A stretch of DNA of 64,000 nucleotides, taken from contig CAVZMH010000007.1 in NCBI GenBank assembly GCA_963776345.1, positions 1-64,000 of the forward strand. The letters run 5' to 3'. The stretch comes from an uncultured delta proteobacterium. Lineage in GTDB: Bacteria; Myxococcota; Myxococcia; Myxococcales; Myxococcaceae. A program made the translations under genes and the position numbers. Within the stretch, counting starts at the first letter, position 1. Every line of letters begins with the position of its first letter. Under the pieces are notes generated by a model. It searched no databases and was not told the DNA's origin. It saw only the letters and a program-made list of their open reading frames with translations. This document shows positions 30,201 through 40,438 of the stretch, one piece after another.

Positions 30201-30409
30201 GCCCGTGCCTGCTGGCGGGAGCGCGCCCAGCGGAGCCAGGTGAGCCAGCCGCCCACGGTGAAGCCGAGGACGTTGATCGCCATCACCACCGGGTAGAGCA
30301 CCAGCGGGAAATGCCCGGGGTAGAGCGCGTCGAGCAGCCCGGCGGTGACCAGGCCGGAGGCGCTGCCGCCCAGGAGCCCGAAGACGAAGAGGAAGCGCTT
30401 GCCGCCCAT
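27272..30409 (-). CDS. Methyl-accepting chemotaxis protein fused to a C-terminal family-5 (OppA/DppA-like) solute-binding domain
   Basis: Two N-terminal TMs and the MCP hairpin [43 protein letters not shown]. These are followed by [35 protein letters not shown] and [11 protein letters not shown]. Confidence 0.88.
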   Translation of the reverse strand: [1045 protein letters not shown]

Positions 30410-30533
30410 GCGCGAGTGTAGGTGGAGCCTAGCAGCACACGTCGCGGAGGACTCGCCTGCCGCAGCATCGTTGCGTTGGCAAACAATTTCCGCGCGCTGT
30501 GATTTCCTGGACGGACTTCAGCGAAAGGCTCTC

Positions 30534-31787
30534 ATGCATCTCTCTCGACGGCTCGTTCTCTGCGCGGTTCCGCTGCTTCTCGTCGGCTCCACTGCCGGTG
30601 CGGCGACCACCTTCCACTACTACGGTGGAAACGTGGTCTCGAACGCGCGGGTGGTCCAGGTGTCGTGGGGGTCGACCGTCCCGGCCGCCACCCAGACGGG
30701 GCTCCAGGCGTTCTACCCGGCCATCCTGAACAGCCCCTACCTCGACTGGGTGAGCGAGTACTCGACGGTGGGGCTCAACGGCTTTGGCGACGGACTCCCC
30801 GGCTCGAACCAGCGCATGGGGCGAGGGACCTACGGCGGGCTCTACACCATCACTCCCGCGCTGACCGGGGCCACCCTCGCCTACGCCGACATCGAGGCCG
30901 AGCTCGTGGCCCAGATCAGCGCCGGCCACCTGCCCGCGCCCACCTTCGACTGGCAGGGGATCGCCAACACCGTCTACATGGTCGACTTCCCACCGGGCGT
31001 CACCATCGACTACCAGGGCAACCTGAGCTGTCAGATCTTCTGCTCCATCGCCGCAACCTTGACCATCGGAGGGAAGCACGTCGGGGTGGGGCTCATCCCC
31101 GACGTCACCACCGGGCCCTGTGCCACCGGCTGTGGCAATGGCTCGACGAGCTTCGACGTGGTCACCCAGATCCACTCTTACGAGCTCCTGGACGTGATCA
31201 CCTCGGCCGAGCTGCCGCTCGCCACCAACGTCACTCGACCCATCGGCTGGTATGCCGACCAGGTCGGGGGCATCGCCGATGCGTGCAGCGCGAAGGGCGC
31301 GCAGGTGGCGGGGTACTGGGTGGAGAAGGGCTGGTCGATCCGCGAGAACAACTGCATCGTGCAGTCGTCGAGCGCGCTGGGGGTCTGTGACGGCTCCACC
31401 ACCGTGTGCCGGCAGTGCAGCGCGGCGGACAACGGACAGCCCAGCGGCTGCACCGGAGCCCATGCCGCCTGCGAGACCGACGGCGCCAACCCCGCGTTTG
31501 GCGAGTGCGTCGCCTGCGCCACCAGCGCGAACTGCTCGGGCACCACCCCGGTGTGCAACAAGGCCGATGCCGGGAACGACACCTGCCGCGCTTGCACCGC
31601 CGATGCCGAGTGCACCGGGAACACCGCCGGGCCGCACTGCCTCTCCACCGGCGCCTGTGGCGCGGCGCCAGGGGGCAGCTCGGGCGGCGGCTGCACGTCC
31701 GCCGGACAGCCCGAGCCGGTGCTGTGGCTCGCGGCGGCCCTGCTGGGCGCGCTGGGGCTCGGGCGCCGGCGCCGCGTCCGGAGCTAG
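30534..31787 (+). CDS. Secreted Cys-rich protein with MYXO-CTERM sorting signal
   Basis: Signal peptide, an N-terminal globular domain (HYYGGNVVSN...LDWVSEYST), Cys-rich repeats, and C-terminal GGGCTSAG...LWLAAALLGALGLGRRRR. Confidence 0.85.
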   Translation: MHLSRRLVLCAVPLLLVGSTAGAATTFHYYGGNVVSNARVVQVSWGSTVPAATQTGLQAFYPAILNSPYLDWVSEYSTVGLNGFGDGLPGSNQRMGRGTYGGLYTITPALTGATLAYADIEAELVAQISAGHLPAPTFDWQGIANTVYMVDFPPGVTIDYQGNLSCQIFCSIAATLTIGGKHVGVGLIPDVTTGPCATGCGNGSTSFDVVTQIHSYELLDVITSAELPLATNVTRPIGWYADQVGGIADACSAKGAQVAGYWVEKGWSIRENNCIVQSSSALGVCDGSTTVCRQCSAADNGQPSGCTGAHAACETDGANPAFGECVACATSANCSGTTPVCNKADAGNDTCRACTADAECTGNTAGPHCLSTGACGAAPGGSSGGGCTSAGQPEPVLWLAAALLGALGLGRRRRVRS

Positions 31788-32818
31788 GCGCCCTCGAAGG
31801 GGATCAGCGAGACCTTCACCCCGCTGGTCACGCCCAGGACGTCCTTCGTCTCCGACGGGAGGTACACCACCTGGTCGTCGATGCGGACCTGGCTCCGGAC
31901 CGCCCGGAACCGGTTCCGCCCGGACTCGCGCTCGACGCCCACCAGCATGTCCTCGGCGACGTCGAGCGTCAGCTCCTCGGGGGCCACCCGCGCGGTCCGG
32001 AACTTGCGGATCAGGGTCACCTCCGAGGTCTTGGCCTCGAAGTGCGGGCCGCCGTCGAACGGGTCCACCCGCTCGACGTAGCGGAAGCCGATCCGTTCCA
32101 GCATCCGCTGCACCCCGCGGGTCTGCGGGCCCACCTCCCCGAGGATCTTCTGCGCGCGCTCGGGGAACAGCGTCACGAAGATGTCCGAGGAGGGGAAGAG
32201 CTCCTTGATGAACTCCTTGTTCTGCCGGCTGAGCTTGTCCGCCTCGGAGTAGGTGAGGCCGGTGAACTTCTTTCCCACCTGTTCCCAGAGCAGGCTGCGG
32301 CCGTCGGGGAGGAGCGGCGGCATCAGCTCGGCCAGCACCCGGTCGCGGAAGCTCGGCCGGTGCATCGCCAGGTAGAGGAAGCGCACGTACGAGAGCTGCT
32401 TGCCCGGCTTGTCCGGGCCGCTCCGGTGCAGCGGGTCCACCACCAGCCCGCCGATCTCCGTCGGGCCCTCGTAGTTGTAGGCGATGGACAGCACCTTGTG
32501 GCGGAAGTGCCGGTCGATGCTCGCCGAGTAGTGCTCTCGCTCGCTGACCTCGTAGTAGATGTGCGGCGCGTCGTAGGTCCCGTGCTGGGCGATGACCATG
32601 CTGGTGCCGATGACGGCGCCGGTGCGCGGCTCCTCGAGGACGAAGAGGTACTCGCGCTCGAAGGGGTTCTTCAGCTTCCCGGCGAAGCTCCGGATCGACA
32701 GGTCGATCAGCTTCTCCAGCGTCTCCTCGTCGTTGGGCAGGTTGACGGTGTTCAGCACCGCCGCCAGGCGCTTGAGGTGCGGGAGATCGCCCTTCTGGAC
32801 GTCGCGGAGCAGGAGCAT
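31784..32818 (-). CDS. astA: Arginine N-succinyltransferase
   Basis: NLP, YLFVLEE, GPTEIGGL, GKQLS..RFL, VLAEL, F.EADKLS and VDPFDGGPH. Confidence 0.88.
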   Translation of the reverse strand: MLLLRDVQKGDLPHLKRLAAVLNTVNLPNDEETLEKLIDLSIRSFAGKLKNPFEREYLFVLEEPRTGAVIGTSMVIAQHGTYDAPHIYYEVSEREHYSASIDRHFRHKVLSIAYNYEGPTEIGGLVVDPLHRSGPDKPGKQLSYVRFLYLAMHRPSFRDRVLAELMPPLLPDGRSLLWEQVGKKFTGLTYSEADKLSRQNKEFIKELFPSSDIFVTLFPERAQKILGEVGPQTRGVQRMLERIGFRYVERVDPFDGGPHFEAKTSEVTLIRKFRTARVAPEELTLDVAEDMLVGVERESGRNRFRAVRSQVRIDDQVVYLPSETKDVLGVTSGVKVSLIPFEGA

Positions 32819-33037
32819 CGGGGAGGCTCCCCTGTACCACAGCCCGCGAAGGCCACCGCGAGGCGGCCTGGTCCGAGAAACCGACGACCGACCGGCCGGG
32901 CGGCACGTGGACCCTGCCGAAGGTTGGGCTCCGATCTCGGTTGGACCGGCGTCGCCACGTCGCTCGACGGATCGCGGTCGCGGCGGCCCGGCTCGGCCTG
33001 CTCAGGGGTGGACGCGGGGCCCCAGGCCCGGCGCAAA

Positions 33038-33155
33038 CGTGGACATAGCTCCTTCGGAGAGGACGGCTGCGACCACGCGCGGCCAAGAGCCCGGAATGAC
33101 GAGAGCGGGACCGGATGCGTGTGCCCCGCGGGAGCACGAAGTTGCTATGTCCACG
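33038..33155. repeat. REP/REPIN-like palindromic element, copy A (19-bp arms, 2 mismatches, 80-bp spacer)
   Basis: CGTGGACATAGCTCCTTCG ... CGAAGTTGCTATGTCCACG, intergenic. The same arms occur at 60417-60559. Confidence 0.8.
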
Positions 33156-33270
33156 CACCGGCCCGCGCTGCTCGGCCGGGCGGGGCCCTCCGGTGTCCGC
33201 CAGGGGAGGGCGGCTGATCGGTGAGCACTGTGCTCGTCCGACGCCCGCCGGTTGATGGACTCTCCGCCTC

Positions 33271-34167
33271 ATGCGCTCCGTTCCCCTCCTCCTCGTGGAC
33301 GCCTTCACCGACCGGCCCTTCGCCGGAAACGCCTGCGCCGTGGTCCTCGACGCCGGCGGGCTCTCCTCCGAGCTCATGCAGGCCATCGCCCGCGAGATGA
33401 ACCAGAGCGAGACCGCGTTCGTCCTCGGCGGGAGCGGGACCCGGTTCGACGTGCGCTACTACACCCCCGGCGAGGAGATTCCCCTCGCCGGACATCCGAC
33501 CATCGCCACCACAGCCGCGCTCGCCGACGCCGGGAGGCTCGTGCCCACGGGGGCGCGCACCGAGGTCACCTTCGCGCTCCGGGACGGGCCCATCTCCATC
33601 GCCTTCGAGCGGCCGGGCTCGGGTCTCCCGCGGGTGGTGATGACCCAGCGCCGCCCCGAGTTCCGGCAGGTCCTCGACCGCGCAGCGACCGCGCGCATCT
33701 TCGGGCTGCAGCCGTCGGACCTTCGCACCGACGCGCCGGTCCAGGTGGTCAGCACCGGAACGCCGCAGCTCATGATTCCCATCGCCTCCCTGGACGCGCT
33801 CCGGCGCGCACGGGTGGACGTCCCCGGGTACGTCGCCCTCCGCGCGAACGAGCGCTTCTTCAGCGTGCACCTGTTCGTCGTGGAGGGAGCGACGCCGCGG
33901 GGGCGCACCTTCGCCAGGCACTTCGGCGTCCCTCCGGACCACAGCGAGGATCCAGTCACCGGCTCGGCCACGGGCGGGATGGGCGCGTACCTGTTCCACC
34001 ACGGCCTCGTCCGGGAGCGCGACTTCGTCGCCGAGCAGGGCCATTGGATGGGCCGGCCCGGAACGGTCGAGGTGCACGTCGAGGGGACGCCGGAGGACGT
34101 TCGCTCGGTCTCGGTGGCCGGCACCGCAGTCGTCGTGGTCCGTGGCTCACTCGAGCTCCCGGGGTGA
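33271..34167 (+). CDS. PhzF-family isomerase/epimerase
   Basis: VDAFTDRPFAGN, IAREMNQSETAF, EIPLAGHPT and EDPVTGSA. Confidence 0.92.
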   Translation: MRSVPLLLVDAFTDRPFAGNACAVVLDAGGLSSELMQAIAREMNQSETAFVLGGSGTRFDVRYYTPGEEIPLAGHPTIATTAALADAGRLVPTGARTEVTFALRDGPISIAFERPGSGLPRVVMTQRRPEFRQVLDRAATARIFGLQPSDLRTDAPVQVVSTGTPQLMIPIASLDALRRARVDVPGYVALRANERFFSVHLFVVEGATPRGRTFARHFGVPPDHSEDPVTGSATGGMGAYLFHHGLVRERDFVAEQGHWMGRPGTVEVHVEGTPEDVRSVSVAGTAVVVVRGSLELPG

Positions 34168-34246
34168 GCTGCTGACCCGCACGGTGGACGGCCCGCGCCG
34201 GTCGATGTCAGGGTGAGCCGGCGATGTTCGAGGGCAAGCCGGATCG

Positions 34247-34885
34247 ATGAACGCAGCGCTCGATCATCTGGTCATCGCGGCCGAGTCGATCGAGGTGCCC
34301 GCTCTCGAGCGCGCGCTCGGGGTTCCGCTCTCGGGCGGCGGCAAGCACGTGAGGATGGGCACCCACAACCGGGTCCTGCGCGTGGACGCCCGCGCGTACC
34401 TCGAGGTCCTCGCGATCGATCCGCAGGGCTCGCAGCCTGGCCGACCGCGCTGGTTCGGCCTGGACGCGGCGGCGACGCGCGCGTTGCTCGCCGACGGACC
34501 TCGGCTGATCCACTGGGTCGTCCGCGTGGACACGACCGAGCTCCCGCCGCTCCCGTTCGACGTCGGCCCCTGGGAGGCGTTCCAGCGCGGAGACCTCTCC
34601 TGGAAGCTCACCGTTCGAGCCGACGGCGCACTGCCGGCCGACGGCGTCGTCCCGAGCCTCATCTGCTGGGAGGGGGCCGCCCATCCCGCGGCGCGCCTCC
34701 CGGACGCTGGTGTGACGCTCGAGGGCCTGGAGCTGGAGCATCCGCGCGCCGACGACGTTCGGCGGCAGCTCGAGCTGCTCGGTCTTCCGTACCCATGCGC
34801 GCCGGGGCCTCTGCCGCGGCTCACGGTGCACCTCCGGACGCCGGCGGGTCCGACCACGCTCCGCAGCACCGATCCGGTCCGCTGA
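34247..34885 (+). CDS. VOC/glyoxalase-like family protein
   Basis: LDHLVI, GGKHVRMGTHN, YLEVLAIDP, RPRWFGLD and HPAARLP. Confidence 0.85.
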   Translation: MNAALDHLVIAAESIEVPALERALGVPLSGGGKHVRMGTHNRVLRVDARAYLEVLAIDPQGSQPGRPRWFGLDAAATRALLADGPRLIHWVVRVDTTELPPLPFDVGPWEAFQRGDLSWKLTVRADGALPADGVVPSLICWEGAAHPAARLPDAGVTLEGLELEHPRADDVRRQLELLGLPYPCAPGPLPRLTVHLRTPAGPTTLRSTDPVR

Positions 34886-35007
34886 TCCGCCAGGAGCCCT
34901 CCGGAACTGTGCCAGCAGGCCGGGTCGTGCGGCCGCATGAGGGGGGTCCCGCCACCGACCCCGGAGGCGAAGCGCTGCCATGCGGGCAGCGAAACAGGGA
35001 AATCACG

Positions 35008-35877
35008 ATGGGGCTGAGGCTGAAGTTCAATCTGGTGCTGGTCCTGGTCTTCGCCGTGGGCCTGGCGCTGTCGGGCGCCGTGTCCCGTCACATCCTCGAG
35101 GCGAACGCGCGCGACGAGGTGGTCCGGAACGCCGACCTCATGATGGGCGCAGCGCTCGCGGTGCGCGGCTACACCAACAAGCAGATCACGCCGCAGCTCG
35201 AGCTGCAGCTGATGCGAACGTTCCTCCCCCAGGCGCTGCCGGCATACGCAGCGACGGAGACCTTCAACGCGCTTCGTGAGCACCACCCGGAGTACTCCTA
35301 CAAGGAGGCCGTGCTCAACCCGACCAACCCCCGCGACAAGGCCCACGAGTGGGAGGCCGCCCTCATCGAGCAGTTCCGGAACGACACCCACCTGACCGAG
35401 TTCCGGGGCGCCCGGGAGACTCCGTTCGGGAAATCCCTCTACCTGGCCCGGCCGATCAGGATCAAGGACCAGTCCTGCCTCATGTGCCACAGCACTCCGG
35501 ACGCCGCGCCCAGGTCGATGGTGAAGCTCTACGGCGAGGCCAACGGCTTCGGCTGGAAGGACCAGGAGATCGTCGGCGCGCAGATCGTCTCGGTGCCGAT
35601 GACGGTGCCGCTCGCCAGGGCCGAGGAGGCCTTCCGGACCTTCATGGTGTCGATGGTCGGGGTCTTCGTGCTCGCCTTCGTCGTCCTCAACGTCGTGCTC
35701 TCGGTGGTCGTTGTCCGGCCCATCATCCGGATGTCACGGGCCGCCGACCGGGTGAGCACCGGCGACTTCGACCTCCCCGAGTTCGCCACGACCGGGAGCG
35801 ACGAGATCGCGGTCCTCGCGACGTCCTTCAACCGGCTCCGGAGGAGCCTGGAGCGAGCGATGACCCTCCTGGAGTAG
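35008..35877 (+). CDS. Membrane sensor: DUF3365/Tll0287-like heme-c domain + HAMP, with no output domain
   Basis: TM, LNPTNPRDKA, LARPI, CLMCH (CxxCH), YGEANGFGWK..EIVGA, a second TM, then a HAMP (DEIAVLATSFNRL) and the stop. Confidence 0.85.
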   Translation: MGLRLKFNLVLVLVFAVGLALSGAVSRHILEANARDEVVRNADLMMGAALAVRGYTNKQITPQLELQLMRTFLPQALPAYAATETFNALREHHPEYSYKEAVLNPTNPRDKAHEWEAALIEQFRNDTHLTEFRGARETPFGKSLYLARPIRIKDQSCLMCHSTPDAAPRSMVKLYGEANGFGWKDQEIVGAQIVSVPMTVPLARAEEAFRTFMVSMVGVFVLAFVVLNVVLSVVVVRPIIRMSRAADRVSTGDFDLPEFATTGSDEIAVLATSFNRLRRSLERAMTLLE

Positions 35878-35890
35878 ACCGACGGACGCG

Positions 35891-36418
35891 ATGTCCGGAC
35901 CCGAGGACCCAGCCAACAGCTTCGAGCCGGCGGCCGAGCTGGTCTACGAGCCGCTCGGTCCCGAGCACGCCGCCGCGCTCTTTCCCCTGCTCGGCGACGC
36001 CCGCGTCTGGGAGCACCTCCAGGGGAGCGACGGCGCGACCGAGGACCAGATGCGCGCCGTCTACGCCCGCCGCGCCGCCGGGCCGGGTCGCCCGGACGAG
36101 CGGTGGATCAATCACGCGGTTCGCCTCCTCGACGGTCCCTACCTCGGACGGGTGGAGGCCACGGTGTACGCCGGGGGCTGGGCGGAGGTCGCCTACGTCT
36201 TCGGCCTGACGCACCGAGGACGCGGGTACGCCCGGGCGGCGGTGCGCTGGCTCCTCGGGCAGATCGGCGTCGACGAGGGCTGGGCGACGACGACGCCGGC
36301 CAATGTGCGCTCGCAGCGGCTGCTCACCGCGCTCGGCTTCCGCGAGACCCCGCCGGCACGTCCGCTCGCGTCGTGGGACCCCGGGGACCTCACCTACAGG
36401 TGGGACCGGCCGCGCTGA
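35891..36418 (+). CDS. GNAT family N-acetyltransferase (RimJ/RimL-like)
   Basis: EVAYVF..THRGRGYA and NVRSQRLLTALGF. Confidence 0.8.
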   Translation: MSGPEDPANSFEPAAELVYEPLGPEHAAALFPLLGDARVWEHLQGSDGATEDQMRAVYARRAAGPGRPDERWINHAVRLLDGPYLGRVEATVYAGGWAEVAYVFGLTHRGRGYARAAVRWLLGQIGVDEGWATTTPANVRSQRLLTALGFRETPPARPLASWDPGDLTYRWDRPR

Positions 36419-36470
36419 TCCGCCGGTCTTTCCTGGCCGCCGCCACTCTGGCAGGGTGCCCGAAGCGATC

Positions 36471-37526
36471 ATGGCTCGTCTGAAGGCAGTCCTCATCGGC
36501 GGCACCGGGTACGGCGGCGCGGAGATCCTCCGCCGGCTCCTCTTCCACCCCCAGGTCGAGGTCGCGCGGGTCACCGCGGCGGACAACATCGGCAAGAAGG
36601 TGGGCGACGTTCACTTCAGCCTCGCCGGGCTGACGGACCTCACCTTCCAGGAGCTCGCCCCCGAGCAGGCCGTGGCCGGCATGGACGTGGCGTTCCTCGC
36701 CATGCCGCACAAGACGACCGCCAGGGTCGTCCAGGCGATCCTCGGGTCGGGCGTCCGGATCGTCGACCTCTCCGGCGACTTCCGGCTGCGCGACCCGGCG
36801 GCCTACGAGCGCTACTACGGCGTCGCCCATCCATCGCCAAGGTCGCTGACCGACGGCGTCTTCACCTACGCGATGCCCGAGGTGAACCGCGCGGCGATCG
36901 CCAGGGCGAAGTACCTCGCCTCGCCAGGCTGCTTCGCGACCACCATCGCCCTCGGCCTCCTCCCGCTGGCGCGCGCCGGGATGCTCGCCGGCCCGGTGCA
37001 CACCGTGGCGGCGACCGGCAGCTCGGGCTCGGGCGCGAACCCTCAGCTCACCACCCACCACCCGCTCCGCGCGGTGAACCTCCGCACGTACAAGCCGCTC
37101 GACCACCAGCACATCCCCGAGATCCTCCAGACGCTCCACGGCGCCGGCGGACGTGACCTGGCGCTGGAGTTCGTCCCGGTCTCGGCTCCGCTCCCCCGCG
37201 GCATCTTCGCCACCAGCTTCGTCGACGTCCCCGCGTCCACCACCGCCGAGCAGCTCCACGAAGCGTGGGCGCGCTGCTACGCCGGCGAGCCGTTCGTCCG
37301 GGTGGTGCAGGGGCGGCAGCCGGAGGTGGTCGCGGTCTCGGGCGGCAACTACGTCGAGGTGGGCTTCACCCTCGGCGCCCCCACCGGCTCCACCCGGCGG
37401 GTGGTGTGCTTCAGCGCCCTCGACAACCTGGTGAAGGGCGGCGCCGGACAGGCGATCCAGGCCTTCAACGTGATGATGGGCTTCGACGAGACGCTCACCC
37501 TCAAGGAGCCGGGGCTCTGGCCGTGA
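36471..37526 (+). CDS. argC: N-acetyl-gamma-glutamyl-phosphate reductase
   Basis: GGTGYGG, FLAMPH, VDLSGDFRL, SPGCF and LDNLVKGGAGQA. Confidence 0.92.
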   Translation: MARLKAVLIGGTGYGGAEILRRLLFHPQVEVARVTAADNIGKKVGDVHFSLAGLTDLTFQELAPEQAVAGMDVAFLAMPHKTTARVVQAILGSGVRIVDLSGDFRLRDPAAYERYYGVAHPSPRSLTDGVFTYAMPEVNRAAIARAKYLASPGCFATTIALGLLPLARAGMLAGPVHTVAATGSSGSGANPQLTTHHPLRAVNLRTYKPLDHQHIPEILQTLHGAGGRDLALEFVPVSAPLPRGIFATSFVDVPASTTAEQLHEAWARCYAGEPFVRVVQGRQPEVVAVSGGNYVEVGFTLGAPTGSTRRVVCFSALDNLVKGGAGQAIQAFNVMMGFDETLTLKEPGLWP

Positions 37527-38368
37527 GCGCGCTCTCCGACTTCGCAGGGCGGTGGTTCGTGGTGAAGGTGGGCGGCGAGCTGGCCGCGGACCGCACCCGC
37601 CTCGCCGGGAGCGTCGGGGCCGCGGTCGGCGAGTTCCTCGCCGCCGGCATCCGGGTCGCGGTGGTCCACGGCGGAGGCCCCCAGGCCACGCAGCTCGGGC
37701 GGCGACTCGGGCTCGAGCCGACCATCGTCGGGGGCCGCCGGGTCACCGATCCCGAGACGCTCGAGGTGATGAAGATGACCCTCGCCGGTCAGGTCTCGGT
37801 CGACGTCGCCGCGGCGATGCGCCTGGCCGAGGTGCCGGCGCTGTGCACCACCGGGGTGTCGGCCGGGCTGATCGATGCCGTCCGCCGCGGGCCGAAGGTC
37901 ATCACCGGTGCGGGACCGGATCCGGTGGACCTCGGGCTGGTCGGGGACATCGTCGCGGTGAACACCGCCGCGCTCAAGCTCATCGCCGACGCAGGATTCG
38001 TCCCGGTCCTCGGCTCGCTCGGCGGGGATGCCGGGGGAAACGTCTTCAACATCAACGCGGACACGGTCGCCAGCCGGGTCGCCGCGAGTCTCGGGGCGGC
38101 GAAGCTGTTCCTGGTCTCCAATGTCCCGGGCGTGCTCCGGGACAAGAACGATCCGTCGACCCGCATGCCGCGCCTCACCGCGGCCGAGGCACGGGAGCAG
38201 ATGGCCTCCGGCATCATCTCCGGGGGGATGATCCCCAAGGTGGAAGAGTCGCTGGCGATGCTCGACGAGGGCATCGAGGCGATCCACATCGTGGGCATCG
38301 ATCCGCCGACGTCGATCCTCGACGAGGCCCGCGAGCCGGGGAGCCGCGGCACCGCCTTCGTCCGCTGA
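37523..38368 (+). CDS. argB: Acetylglutamate kinase
   Basis: VVKVGG, VVHGGGPQ, GRRVTD, NINADT and GGMIPK. GTGA overlap with argC. Confidence 0.92.
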   Translation: MSALSDFAGRWFVVKVGGELAADRTRLAGSVGAAVGEFLAAGIRVAVVHGGGPQATQLGRRLGLEPTIVGGRRVTDPETLEVMKMTLAGQVSVDVAAAMRLAEVPALCTTGVSAGLIDAVRRGPKVITGAGPDPVDLGLVGDIVAVNTAALKLIADAGFVPVLGSLGGDAGGNVFNINADTVASRVAASLGAAKLFLVSNVPGVLRDKNDPSTRMPRLTAAEAREQMASGIISGGMIPKVEESLAMLDEGIEAIHIVGIDPPTSILDEAREPGSRGTAFVR

Positions 38369-38390
38369 GCCGGGCGCAGCAGGGCGTCCG

Positions 38391-38581
38391 TCAGCCGCTG
38401 CCGGGCTTCTGCCGCCGCGGCCGCGGGACCAGCTCGCCGCCGCAGTTCGGGCACACGCCCTTCATCGCCTCGGTGCACGGCGACGCAGAACGTGCACTCG
38501 AAGCTGCAGATCCGCGCCGGTCCATCGGGCGTCGAGCGCCGCGCCACAGCGCTCGCACACCGCCCGCATCTCGAGCGCCAC
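38391..38581 (-). CDS. DUF1272-family small zinc-binding protein; two apparent +1 frameshifts
   Basis: The corrected sequence is LEMRAVCERC...ARICSFECTFC..C...GVCPNCGGELVPRPRR. Confidence 0.8.
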
Positions 38582-38591
38582 GGCCCGCCTC

Positions 38592-40298
<1,707 letters not shown>

Positions 40299-40438
40299 GG
40301 CCGGGCCGGAACGTTAGCAGCCAGACGGTCTCTCCTTCACTGTCGTCCGCCTGCCTACCCGGGCGGCCGATCGACCCCGAAACGCCCCTTTCTTGGGGTG
40401 CCTCGGGGTGGGTGGTACCGTCGCCGACCGCACCTTTC

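Noticed and set aside
30477..30491. Sigma-54 promoter upstream of the MYXO-CTERM gene (TGGCAAACAATTTCC)
   Set aside because: The -12 GC is replaced by CC, which is insufficient support.
33271..34167. Phenazine biosynthesis cluster
   Set aside because: This is a lone PhzF-family gene with no phzA/B/D/E/G in the window.
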